DNA of 57,447 nucleotides, counting the filler, from Catajapyx aquilonaris (taxonomy: Eukaryota): NCBI GenBank assembly GCA_000934665.2. It is 4 parts of 4 records of this genome, joined end to end, with 100 filler letters (N's around TTAATTAATTAA, not from the genome) between each part and the next. Parts side by side here need not be neighbours in the genome. Positions count along the whole stretch, not along the records: positions 43,178 to 57,447 come from KZ539743.1; 3 more parts are not named here. The stretch is one strand, 5' to 3'. The first letter of the stretch is position 1. Every line of letters begins with the position of its first letter. Under the pieces are notes generated by a model. It was not told the DNA's origin. It did not search any database and was given only the letters and a program-made list of their open reading frames with translations. A program made the position numbers and the translations under genes. Shown piece by piece: positions 46,391 through 57,447 of the stretch.

Positions 46391-49300
46391 ACTTATTTTT
46401 ATTTTTATTTTATTTATTTTTATTTAATTTGCCCCGTGTTCGAGCCTTTGGCTCGTTTTGGGGGACAAAACCACATATGTATTACATACAGATTAGGTAT
46501 GTGTGCATTAATGCTCATTTGTATTTACAATTTTGATCACGTTTTGAAAAAAGGATAACAATTTATGAACATCTGGTTTTTGACTATTAGTGAAGAGCAT
46601 CAAGATCTGGTCAGGTGGAAATTTAGGTATATCAAACAGGTGTTTCCGTCTTGGAGGTATGAACAAGGGGCACTCGTAGATTATGTGAAAAATTGAACAG
46701 TTTACCTGCCAATTGCACCATGTTCCTCTGATTCTATTTTAAATTGCTCGTTTTGTTTTAATTTTATATAGCAGGAGTTATTTCGCAAATTCGCTAACAA
46801 CCGAATGTGGGATATTGGCAGGTCTATGTTAAAATAGCTTTCTCTCTGAAATTCGTCTTTTACCTCTTTGTAGCTTATATATCTACTAGTTTTTTGTAGT
46901 CTGTTTATTAAATCATTTTTAAGCGCCAGTTCAATTGTTTCAAGGATCTTTGGGAGCTCATCTGCCAACTTTTTTCCAATTTGCTGCTAGAGGTTGGAAG
47001 GTTTTCGAACAACTTGCCAGCCAATTTAACCTGTTTTTCGGGCTTAATCCTTTTTGTGTGGTGTATAAGTATGCTGCTTTAAGAAGTTCATTTTTTTGAG
47101 TTTGTTTCTATATTAAGTATAAATTTTAGTGTTGCTCTGGCGACATTTAAAGTAAGTGGGATTACTCCTGTTTCTAAATAGACAAAGTATGCTGCTGTCG
47201 TCCGTGGTAGGTTTAAAAACTTCTTTAGGAAGTAAGTTTGGACCTGGAGTATCTCTGCTAAGTGCTGGGGTCCCCATATTGGGCATGCGTACAATAGGAC
47301 TGGCACAATGTGGGCATTGAAAAGTTTCAATGCCACCGTGAGGTCTCTAAGTTTCAATTTAATGAAGACCGGCCAGAGTGAATTTATTGCGGCTATAGCC
47401 TTTCTTTTGAAAAATTCGGCTGCCTCGTTCATTTTGCCGGAGCACTTAAAAGGGACCCCTAGATATGTGTAGGATGATTCGTTTTTAATTTTTTGATCTT
47501 GCCAAAAGAAAATTTTCCCGGGTTTTCTTCCACCCTTGTGGAAGCAAACAAGTTTGGTTTTGTCTAGGTTTATTTGTAGCTCGTTCTCTCTAAAATATTC
47601 CACTAACATATATTTATATTTCTCTGCATATAACATGGGTTGTCTGTAAGCAGTATTATATCATCCGCGTAAGCCAAAAGCAATATTTCCTCTTGTCCTG
47701 GACCAAAATTTACACCTGTAGCACCTGCGGCTGCTAACTCTGCATGGAGATCTGCTAAATATAAATTGAATAGGAATGGGCTTAAAGGTTCACCCTGTGG
47801 TAGACCTGTCGTTATTTTAATTAGCTCTGTATTGTGTTCCGAAACTATACCCATTTTAGTATACATGTCTTTCAATAATATAATTATCTTATCACTCATA
47901 CCGATCAGTCTAAGTTTTATGAATAATTTATCATGTCTAACCGAATCAAATGCTTTCGACAGATCGATGAAGAGCGCATACAGCTTTCCTTTTGGTCTAG
48001 ATAAATATTTCTGTATTAGAATGTGAAAGGTGAACAAATGGTCCATGCAACCTCTCCCTTTTCGGAAAGCCGCCTGCCAGTCTGGGATTTTATTATGTGT
48101 GTTTGCCCATCTTTGCATCCTGTCAGTTAAAATGGAAGTAAATAATTTAAATGAGTTGTTGAATATTGCAATGGGGCGATAATTTTTTGGCAAGTCCCTG
48201 TCTCCAGCTTTGTGTATAGGTATGACTCTAGCCTGTCCCCAGTTATTTGGTACTTTTTGTGTTTGTATGCAGTTATCGAAAATCTTGAAAAACCTTTCCA
48301 TTAAACTTATTTTACAGTCTTTTATTAGTCTGTTAGATATCAAGTCCGGTCCCGGGGCAGTTTTAGTTTTAAGTTTCGTTATTGCATTTTCCAATTCGAT
48401 TCTCGTGAGTGGGCCATCCAATGTCCGATCTTGTTGAAAGATGCCCATATCCCTCAATTCTGCGTTAGGTGAAAGCTGGGCCACCTCTGAGTAGTTCGAT
48501 TTCAAGTGTTCCCACCATGTTGAAGCATCTAATATTTGACGGGGATTTTGTTTTTTGGCTCTCTTTATGAGTGCCCAAAACTCTCCAGGCTTCGTTGTGT
48601 CTATTAGTTTTTGCCTCAGTGTATGTGAGAAATATCTCTCTTTTTTTGCAAGGCTTAGGTTTTTATAACTCGCTCTCCTATTTATGTAGGCTTCCCTATT
48701 ACATGCAGTATCTGCTTCCCCCCAAATATGTAGCAGGTTCTTTACCTCGTCTTTTGCTTGTTGTAGGTCGTTGTCAAACCATGGGGCAACTCTAATTCGG
48801 TTATTGGGCGAGGGCGTTTGTGACCTTGTAACTATCAATCCAAATTCAGTTAGTTTTTCTCTAATCATGGTGGTTAAGGTTTCCATTGGGTTCACCAGAT
48901 TGCAATCATAGTCCCAATCTAACTCCTGTTGTTCCATTAGGTTGTCGGATAAGAAGCCAAAACCGTCCATTGGGGTAATCAACATACTACGAGTACAGAT
49001 TTGAGAAGTTTTCTCCTCGTATGTGAATTCAAACAATCCGTCTAGAGGAAAGTGATCCGATTCAGTTACTTTTCTTACTTTTAGGTCCTTTACCAAGGGG
49101 GCTAGTTCAGCTGAGGTTAGTATATAGTCTATTGTGCTTTGGCCAAGCTTACTTATATATATGTGTGTATTCTCCCGGCTTATCAGACAGAGAATTTCCG
49201 TTTAAAATAAATAGTGAGAGGTTTTCAATTATTTCTATTAATTTCCTTCCGTTTTGATTTCTGGACTCATCCTTCACCTGTCTTGGGGTATTCCAGCAAC

Positions 49301-50500
49301 TTACCAAATCTGATTCTAAAACATTTGAATTATAGTTTCCAATAATTCGTGAATTAAAGTCGCCCATTATGATTGTGGGGGTTCCCTTTTCAGAAGCACT
49401 TTCTATTAGTTTAACTACAGGCTCCATTTGAATTGTTATCGAGCATGAGGGTGGGCAGTAGAAAAGTATGACCTGTATCTTGTCATCCTTTTCTCCTTTA
49501 ACCTCTACAGCAAGATACGTATCGTCCTTTGCAATTAACTTGGGGTTCAAATCCGCTTGAATTGTCAGAAATAATCCGCCTGAGGCTCTACCAAATTTGG
49601 AAGTTCGTATTGCTGGACTTTGGAAGCTTTCGAAATTTGGCGATCCAAAAAACAATTGAATCTCCTTCTCCACCCACGTTTCAACAAAGCCTATTATGTT
49701 GGATTTTTTACTTAAAGTTTTCATTTGACTCCAAGCGTTTGCCAGATTTTGCCCTGCTATGTTCCAGGAAATCACATTTAAAAACATTCTCCTTTTAACA
49801 GACAGTGATACTTTGGCTCTCTTATTTTGTTGTGAAGCATTTGCATATTTCCCAGTTACACTATTCCCATCCAAAAACACAGGCATATTACTAGAGTCCA
49901 TAGCTTGAATTATCTTTTCGCTCCGCTCCTCCGTTACAAGACTAACATTAACACAAGGGGAAGCTTTCGAGTGCAAGCTTTCTAATTTGAGTACATCATC
50001 CTCTATCGTAAACACCGGTGCGGCTCGAACGTGTAGGGAAGTTTTCTCACCTCGACAATTTAATGGTTGTTGCGAAAATGGGTTGACCTCACCTGGAGAG
50101 ATAGCCCTGAGTGGGTGAACCGAAGAAGTAGAGGCCATTGGATTAAGGCCTTGAATTATCGCACTGTCGGAACTTTCACTTTCACTTAGGCTGCTACCAC
50201 TTTTTTCTTCCTCGGCTTTCTTTTTCACCTCGCTCAAAGTTTTTATTAGCTGACCCTTCCTTGTTGATTTCCCGACTTCACTTGCTTGTGGGTTGCTGTT
50301 TCCCATTTTCTGTTTCTTCATTTCAGCAATGAACCAAGCGTTTGTAGTAAAATTTTCGGGGGGTACACTGGAGCCAGACAAAATGGGGTTTATGACATCG
50401 ACGTTAAACCCGCACTCCATTTCACTATCTTGAAGGCCTTCACTTTCACTTATGACTGGCAAGTGATGTCTTGCTTGGGCTGCTCCAATTAGGAAGACTT
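46391..50500 (-). mobile_element. Decayed LINE (APE endonuclease + RT), RTEX-like
   Basis: SWNI..ETW..GDFN..TIDY..SDH endonuclease; PGPD..YRPI..QAAFR..DLSKAFD..GLPQG..LSP..YADD..YLG RT; YACPIWG..LETG C-terminus; frameshifts near 49150, 47610 and 47090; A-rich tail at 46391-46430. Clade assignment is from recalled motif style. Confidence 0.92.
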
Positions 50501-50660
50501 AGTGGTTTTACTTNGGGGGGGGGGCTTTAATTATCTTGTTTGCCTGGCTATTCCTGACGCAGTTTCTGGTTCCTTTTCCCCAGTTTCTCCTCTCAGCATC
50601 CCTCACCTCACCTGCTGTAGGAGGGGGAAATATTATTGCCTTTCATAGTGTAAAAGGGGA

Positions 50661-51010
50661 TTTCTTTTTCATTACCCCACGGGGGGAGCTATCTACTCCT
50701 TAGGGGGGGGGGGTGGAAATACCACCATCGGGGTGTTGGAGCGAGTTAAGAAGGATCTTATTAGTTTACTCCAAGGGTAGGTGGGAGGGGATGTGCGCAA
50801 GTGCAAGTGCAAGTGCAATGTCTCTAACGGTCATTTTGTGAACTCCCCCGGGTGGCTTAGTCTATCGGAAAATTGCCACCCGAAATGAAGCCAGAGATGG
50901 CCCAACTCTGCACTGATAAAGGTAGGAACCCCGGGTGGAGATTGAACCCGGGACCTTCATATCCGTGGGCGCACGCGTTACCGCGACGCCACTTCATCTC
51001 CCCGTGTAGT
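50661..51010 (-). mobile_element. Complete type-B SINE
   Basis: 13-bp TSD gtgtaaaagggga at 50648-50660 and 51011-51023; the duplicate at 44070-44322 lacks the tail. Confidence 0.85.
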
Positions 51011-53011
51011 GTGTAAAAGGGGAATTAAAATGTATCGTATACCTTCACAACTGACAATAAATTGGGTTTTTTATATTATTTTCAAACGTATGGGTATATT
51101 GAATTAATTTCTATAGTCATATGAAATTTGTAATCTTCTGCCTAACACCTGGGTCCATGAGGGAAGGGGAATGGTGGGAGGGAAGGTGCCGGTACAACTC
51201 TACAAGTGCAATGGCAACACTGGTCTTTTAGTGCATTCCCCAGATATAGTTAGCCTACGAGAAACTTCACCCAAAACAAAGTCAGATATAGACCAGTCGA
51301 GAAATGAAACCCCAGGCTTGGGATAAAAAATTACATTAGGTTGTGTCGGGGACACAAGTCGCAGCATTTGCGGGCTGAACCTGCATTATGTTTCACTTTT
51401 CTCCACTATAATGGCGGGGGCATTCAGGCAAACTCGAGCGTTACAGAAAAGCGTCGGTTATAGCAGACTCCGTTATAATAGACTAACGTTTTTCTCGCTC
51501 GAGTTTGCCTGCATGCCCCTGCCATGGGTCCCCTGGCGGGGCCCTGCTGTAACGCTTTCCTGTAACGCTTTTCTGTAACGTTCGAGTTTCCCTGCATGCC
51601 GCCTGATCCGATTTTTAAAGACGTATCCACGTCAAAACCTATAGCATCTTTCTACCTGTGGTCACGAGCATTACCAACTGCGCCACTCCACATCTCCTTT
51701 TAAGTTAGGAAATTATAGCCTACAGTGAAACCAGGCTAAAATGGAAAATGGATGCCCATTACATGTATGTGTGGTACTGACAGGTGATTTAACCGAAGCA
51801 GTGGTAGCGGAGGGGATATGGTATCCGACTGCTAATCGGGAGGTCCTGGGTTCGAACCCCGGGGGCCGCCGACCCTGACCGTGGTTTTCTGTGGTTTCCC
51901 ATGGTCTCACCAGGAAAATTCCGGGGTCGTGTCCGTAACTATAGGCCACAGCCGCTTCCTTCCAGCCCTATCCCATCCCCATATAAGAGAAGTAAAAACA
52001 AAAGTAAGAGTTCCAGATATAAAAAAATATGGTGGTAAGAGGGCCCATGGCTCTAGCACGGGGTACAAATTATTATTTATTTACTGGCAGGTGATTTTGA
52101 ATGCATTTTTAAATATACAGGGTGTTTCCAAGCTAACTTTACAAACTTCTAGGGGTAATAGAGGGGACCAAGACAAACATATTTCACATAGGAACCCGTG
52201 TCCGGAAACGCCATCTAGAGAGGGTTCATAGACAAGGAATGGGTGCGCTCAGACGCGTCAGGCGGGCGGCATTTGTGAGCGGACTGTTTAGTTGCTAGGT
52301 GGCGCGCGGATTGTACAAAACTCAGCAATTCGCCATAACTTGGCAACAACAGAGTTGTTGTTTATTATCTGCACGCTACCTAGCACGCTGACTTTAGTTG
52401 TTAGGTGGCTCTGTTGTTGCCAGGTTATTGCGAATTGCAATCCGCGCGCCACCTAGCAATTAAACGGTCCGACCGCTAACGAGGAATGGGTGCGCTCAGA
52501 CACGTCAGGCGGGGGGCCTGACGTGTCTGAGCGCACCCATTCCTCGTCTATGAACCCCCTCTAGATGGCGTTTCCGGACACGGGTTCCTATGTGAAATAT
52601 GTTTGTCTTGGTCCCCTCTATTACCACTAGAAGTTTGTAAAGTTAGCTCGGAAACACCCTGTATATCTGTTCAGTGTGGAAAGTGTCTATGGAATGAAGT
52701 GACTCATTGCATGCTGGTTTCACATTTCACTGTATAATAACAGTACGTACAGCGTTACAGGACATTCGAATGACTAATATTTTGTTCTTAAGCATGCCAG
52801 CAACCAGTGCAGACATGAGTCTTGCCTCAGGATCGTCCACAGAAGGAAGGCCCCCATCAAGAATGTCCTTCGTAGGACTGTCATGGGCAGGACTGTCATC
52901 GCCAGGACTGTCATCGGCAGGTCTGTCATCGCCAGGACTTTCATCGCCAGGACTTTCATCGCCAGGACTTTCATCGCCAGGACTTTCATCGCCAGGACTT
53001 TCATCGCCAGG
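50748..53011. repeat. ~2.3-kb direct repeat, copy B (runs into an N gap)
   Basis: See copy A at 44070-46390. Confidence 0.93.
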
Positions 53012-53267
53012 NNNNNNNNNNNNNNNNNNNNNNNNNNNNNNNNNNNNNNNNNNNNNNNNNNNNNNNNNNNNNNNNNNNNNNNNNNNNNNNNNNNNNNNNN
53101 NNNNNNNACCCCCCCCCCCCCCCCGAATTTTAAGATTTAGGTTTAGGATAACCCTGCAGGAGTACCGGTACTCGCCCTGTTGTTAATTAATTTTTGACAA
53201 AGAAGAGAAATCCGACCATATTTATTTTACTGATTTCGGTGTTCCCAATCATTATTATTCATCGGGT

Positions 53268-53557
53268 ACCGAAGCAGTGGTAGCGGAGGGGATATGGTAT
53301 CCGACTGCTAATCTGGAGGTCCTGGGTTCGAACCCCGGGGGCCGCCGACCCTGACCGTGGTTTTCTGTGGTTTTCCATGGTCCCACCAGGACAATTCCGG
53401 GGTCGTGTCCGTAATTATGGGCCACAGCCACTTCCTTCCGTCCCTATCCCATCCCCAATAAGGAAAAAGTAAAGATGCAAGAAAGAGTTCCAGACAGAAA
53501 AAATATGGTGGTATCCCACCCCCCTAAGAGAGCCCATGGCTCTAGCACGGGGTACAA

Positions 53558-53614
<57 letters not shown>
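53268..53614 (+). mobile_element. Type-A SINE, short variant, long (TTA)n tail
   Basis: TSD cattattattcatcgggt at 53250-53267 and 53615-53632. Confidence 0.9.
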
Positions 53615-53616
<2 letters not shown>

Positions 53617-54282
53617 TTATTATTCATCGGGTTGATAAATTATTGGACTCCACAAATGTCACAAAGTTGGGTAACATGCCACTGGTAAAAGGGAAATGCA
53701 AAAATATACATGAAACCAGACTAATTAATATTAAGGCTTCAACATACAAGTATAATGACTGCAAATTCGTGGGATTGAGCATGTCAGGGTTATTGAACCG
53801 GGGATCAAATGTTATTCCTATACGATCATAATTTTAAAAAACAATCCCATGGTTACATGACCCCAACTCCGGAACCCCAGCCCATGTTTTCCAGGAAGAA
53901 ACAGAATTGTTCAACTCGATGGGTTTGTCTGATTGTAAATGGACCTCCTGCAAGGCCTCAAGAATAATAATCTTCTTCCTTATCAACTCCATCTGCCATT
54001 TTCGAGCACTATCAACTCCAGTTGGAGGAGTCAAGCCTGGTCAGCAGGGAGCAGGTTTGACTCCAGGTCCAACTTACCCAAAGGCACATCAAACTCCTTT
54101 AAAAAAGTGTTTTTAAAAACAAACATATACCTGTACCTGAGACATAAGTTTAATTTAACACTTAATCACTGGTGTATTGGACAGTACGGTACTGGTATCG
54201 TAATGTAATAAAAATAACATGTTAGATTTTAAATGATTGTAACATTTTATTTGATATTTGTATTGATATTGATATTGATATT

Positions 54283-55984
54283 GAGGAGGCGGCCGCCAAA
54301 AGCGGCTTATCTAATTATCTTACAATTTTTGGAGTTTTTGAGCTGGCACTGCCATTGCAATCTTCATGCAAAGGAGCACCTACTGAGCCAAAGAAGCAGG
54401 TCGAAATAAATTTTAACATTTTAATTTTAATAAATACAATGTGAATTTTTAATTTAAACAGGGAGGCGAAGTGGCGCTGCGGTAACATATGCGCCCCCGG
54501 GATTCCCCCCTTCGTCTCGTGCAGAGGTTGTCAGAGGTCGTCCCTAGCTTCATCTCGGGTGGTATCTCCGTTAGACAAACCACCCGGGGGAGTTCACAAA
54601 ATGACCACACCACCGACATTGCACTGAACTTTTCACATCCCCTCCTGTCACCCTGCCCGTGGGCCCGGACGTTACATTAAATAGGCACCGTGTACTATGG
54701 TACACTGAACAACTAAAAATATAATAATTAATAGAGGTCCATGTGATATACCCCTAAGAGGTGAAAGCATTACCGAAAATTATTATTACTACTACTACTA
54801 TTGTTGTTTTATTATTACTATTATTTATAATAATTTTCAATTTAAAACTTTAATTTAAAATTTAAATTTTGGGTCGTTCCATGGAATTTGAAACCATGGC
54901 TAATTTTTTAAAGTTTTAAACAAAAATTGCGTTACCGTCATTAATTAATGTACTTACAGATTGTGCTCTTTCCAATGGTATTATTTATATTTGTGTCCAA
55001 AAATTTCTAGGACTATAATTGACTGGTTGAAGTGTAGTATGTAAAGGAATGTTCATTTTCATGTATTCAGAGTCTTTCTGAGAATTAATTACACCCTTAA
55101 TGATAATTTTTATTTGCAAAATTTCCAAAATGTCGCGATTTCCCTCCCCACGGTATTGCGAAATTTGGCTGAAACTTGATAGGCAGTGTTACGGCCTAGG
55201 TGTGTACAGCTGTGATTTCTTTCAGCAGAATCCGAGATGGTGTAGCAACATTTAGGCCCACTTGATTGGGAAAAATCCCTATATTATTTGAAGATTTTGG
55301 TTATTGACTGCCTGGAGGTCAAAAACAAATCGATGACAACATGAATGGTCAATATGACTTACGACTGACCTAAGGAACATGGAAATAGCGATGAATTTCC
55401 ATGGACAAAATATCGTGTTGCATAGTGTAATCAGCACCCGGATAATCGGGAGTACAGTGATCTCACAAAGAAATGTAAGTCTTTATTCAGAAGACCAACT
55501 AAAAATCTATGGTAAGTTTTTATTGTGATTAAACTTAATTAAAGAGGCATACACTATGTACAGCAGTTCATTAAAAATCTCAGAATAGCTCATTTTATGG
55601 TATGTAGTACCATTTTCGGATTATCCGTGTTTTCAGATTATCTGGGCACACCCGAGTATTCCAGCACGGATAATAATCAGGAGTACAGTGCATTTGGTGC
55701 AATTTTCCTACTTCAGGACATTTTCAGTTCATAACTTACTATCCGCTTCGCAACATGGAAAAACCAAAGTCGGCTATCTTCAAATATTTATCAGGCACTA
55801 GGTCAAAAGGTAAAGTAGCCTGATTTTGTTGAATTACGCAAATCGTGACAGGTGCCTAAGCTCTTGATTATGGCATGATCAAAATATTTAAAAAATCAGC
55901 CACACAACTCGTAATTTAAAAAGTGTTTTTTTTCTCGGAACGAGGTTCTACGAAGATATAGCCGCTTTTGGCGGCCGCATCCTC
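54283..55984. mobile_element. Non-autonomous TIR element (GAG...CTC termini)
   Basis: gaggaggcggccgccaaaagcggc / gccgcttttggcggccgcatcctc; att on both flanks. Confidence 0.7.
54461..54800 (+). mobile_element. Type-B SINE with the B box deleted
   Basis: gaagtggcgctgcggtaac head, cacccgggggagttcacaaaatg body, gtgaaagcattacc-(TTA) tail. Confidence 0.8.
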
Positions 55985-56560
55985 ATTTATTTACCGTAAT
56001 ATTTGTAAACGGCTGATAACAAAACCGATGACACCAGCAATTTGCTGTAGGCTACGGTATATGAACAGGTGGTCCACCTCTCTCAAGTAAATGTCAACCC
56101 TAATCGTTTTTCGAAAATCCAACATGCATGCAAGTCTTATGTGCAACATGTTACGTACAATAATAGTGTGGATAAATAACATGAACACATTCTATTCTCA
56201 AAGGAAACCACATTCCCAATATTCTCTACTGCGGTATACTGTAAACGCTGATTGTTTTTTGTTCCGACCTGCGCCATGCCTTGCTACATGAACTATTTCT
56301 GCTGATGCTCAGGAAACAAGAATATTAATCAACTCATTGTCAATGCATGTCAGTCTTTGTGCCAAAGGTATTTTTATCGTGCTTATAATTTGGTCCAATT
56401 TTCATGAAGGTAGAGGTACAGTCAGCACATTACACTTGCAGTGGAAATTCTCCACAGGATCGCTGGCCACAGTATTGTGTGATTTCTCTCAAATGCAAAA
56501 AAAAAAAAAAAAACGTCTTTGTTTTTTTTGTTTCCTCCTGCAACATGTTCAACCTATCAT

Positions 56561-56563
<3 letters not shown>

Positions 56564-56629
<66 letters not shown>

Positions 56630-56945
56630 GGGTGATGGGCCCTACGGGTTTTCAGCCAGACCTTTATTTAACGTTGGTACAACTTTGGGAATCCTATTAT
56701 TGAAGAGCCCGGGCCCACGGGCAGGATGACAGGAGGGGATGTGCAAGTGCAGTGCCTTGTCTGAAATGTGGCCGTTTTGTGAGCTCCCCCGGGTGGATTA
56801 GTCTCAGGAAATTCCACCCGAGACGAAGTCTGAGACGACTCATGAACTCTGCACGAGATGAAGGGGGTGTCCCCGGGTTGGGATCGAACACGGGACCTTA
56901 ACATCCGTGGGCGCATACGTTACCGCAGCACCACTCCGCCTCCCC
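56564..56945 (-). mobile_element. Complete type-B SINE inserted in a LINE fragment
   Basis: (TTA)n tail; 15-bp TSD tcaacc(t/a)atcattta at 56549-56563 and 56946-56960. Confidence 0.88.
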
Positions 56946-57330
56946 TCAACCAATCATTTACATACATTATGAATAACAATGGGCTCAGTGTGCACCCCTG
57001 CCTCACTCCATTCGTTGTCCAAAATCTTTCCCCGCCTGTTCCTATTGTATTAATGCTCTCTTCGTACATTTTGCGTAGTAGCCTCCACACTTTCCCCTTT
57101 ACTCCTAGGTGCCATAGTTTTGTCATTAGTTTTACTCGATTCACTTGTCGAATGCGGATTTGAGGTCCACGAACACTGCGTACATTTTCCCCCTCTTCCT
57201 CCCCAGCCTGTGCTGTACCAGTGCGTTTAATATAAATATGCTGTCACTTGTACTCCTCCCTCTCCGAAAACCAGCCTGTCCCTCATGTAATATGTCCTCC
57301 CCCTCAGCCCATGCCCTTATCCTCGCCTCT
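56946..57330 (-). mobile_element. RT fragment of a second LINE family
   Basis: EGQAGFRRGRST..MYAVFVDLKSAFD, a frameshift, then NRVKL..GVRQGCTLSPLLFIMYVND; continues briefly on the far side of the SINE. Confidence 0.88.
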
Positions 57331-57447
57331 ATAATTATAATATATTATATATTATACATACAGGGTGATCCAACTCTATGGCACCAACAGTGGTTATTGG
57401 AAAAATCGCGCAAGCTGCTTGTTTATAAGCAGGTCGTTGCTAAGAGG

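Noticed and set aside
44070..53011. LTR retrotransposon with 2.3-kb LTRs
   Set aside because: The interior is a non-LTR APE-RT element; the repeats lack TG..CA ends, PBS and PPT and consist of other repeats.
53834..54208. Short ORFs on both strands
   Set aside because: No identifiable homology or consistent exon boundaries.
56564..57330. LINE-SINE chimeric retrotranscript
   Set aside because: A 15-bp TSD flanks the SINE and the RT frame resumes beyond it, so this is a simple insertion.

Overview
Eukaryotic (very likely arthropod) genomic DNA, not prokaryotic. The window is four scaffolds of similar length (1-14324, 14425-28697, 28798-43077, 43178-57447) joined by identical artificial 100-nt spacers (N44-TTAATTAATTAA-N44), so adjacency across spacers carries no biological meaning. 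Scaffold 1 is a dense nest of non-autonomous DNA transposons and SINEs. Scaffold 2 has two convergent, intronless divergent ionotropic receptor (IR) genes sharing a near-identical 288-bp tract, a third decayed IR, and broken kinesin-3, THAP and C-type lectin fragments. Scaffold 3 has the 3' exons of a DHRSX/RDH-like SDR gene, a Ginger-type transposon, and a 3-exon Rpn12/PSMD8 gene with an in-frame TGA in exon 1. Scaffold 4 has a decayed RTEX-like LINE between two ~2.3-kb direct repeats. The most unusual signal is a modular tRNA-SINE system: three heads, a shared core motif and interchangeable tails, one tail class matching the structure of the LINE's own 3' end. All calls are from reading the sequence by eye; no searches were run.
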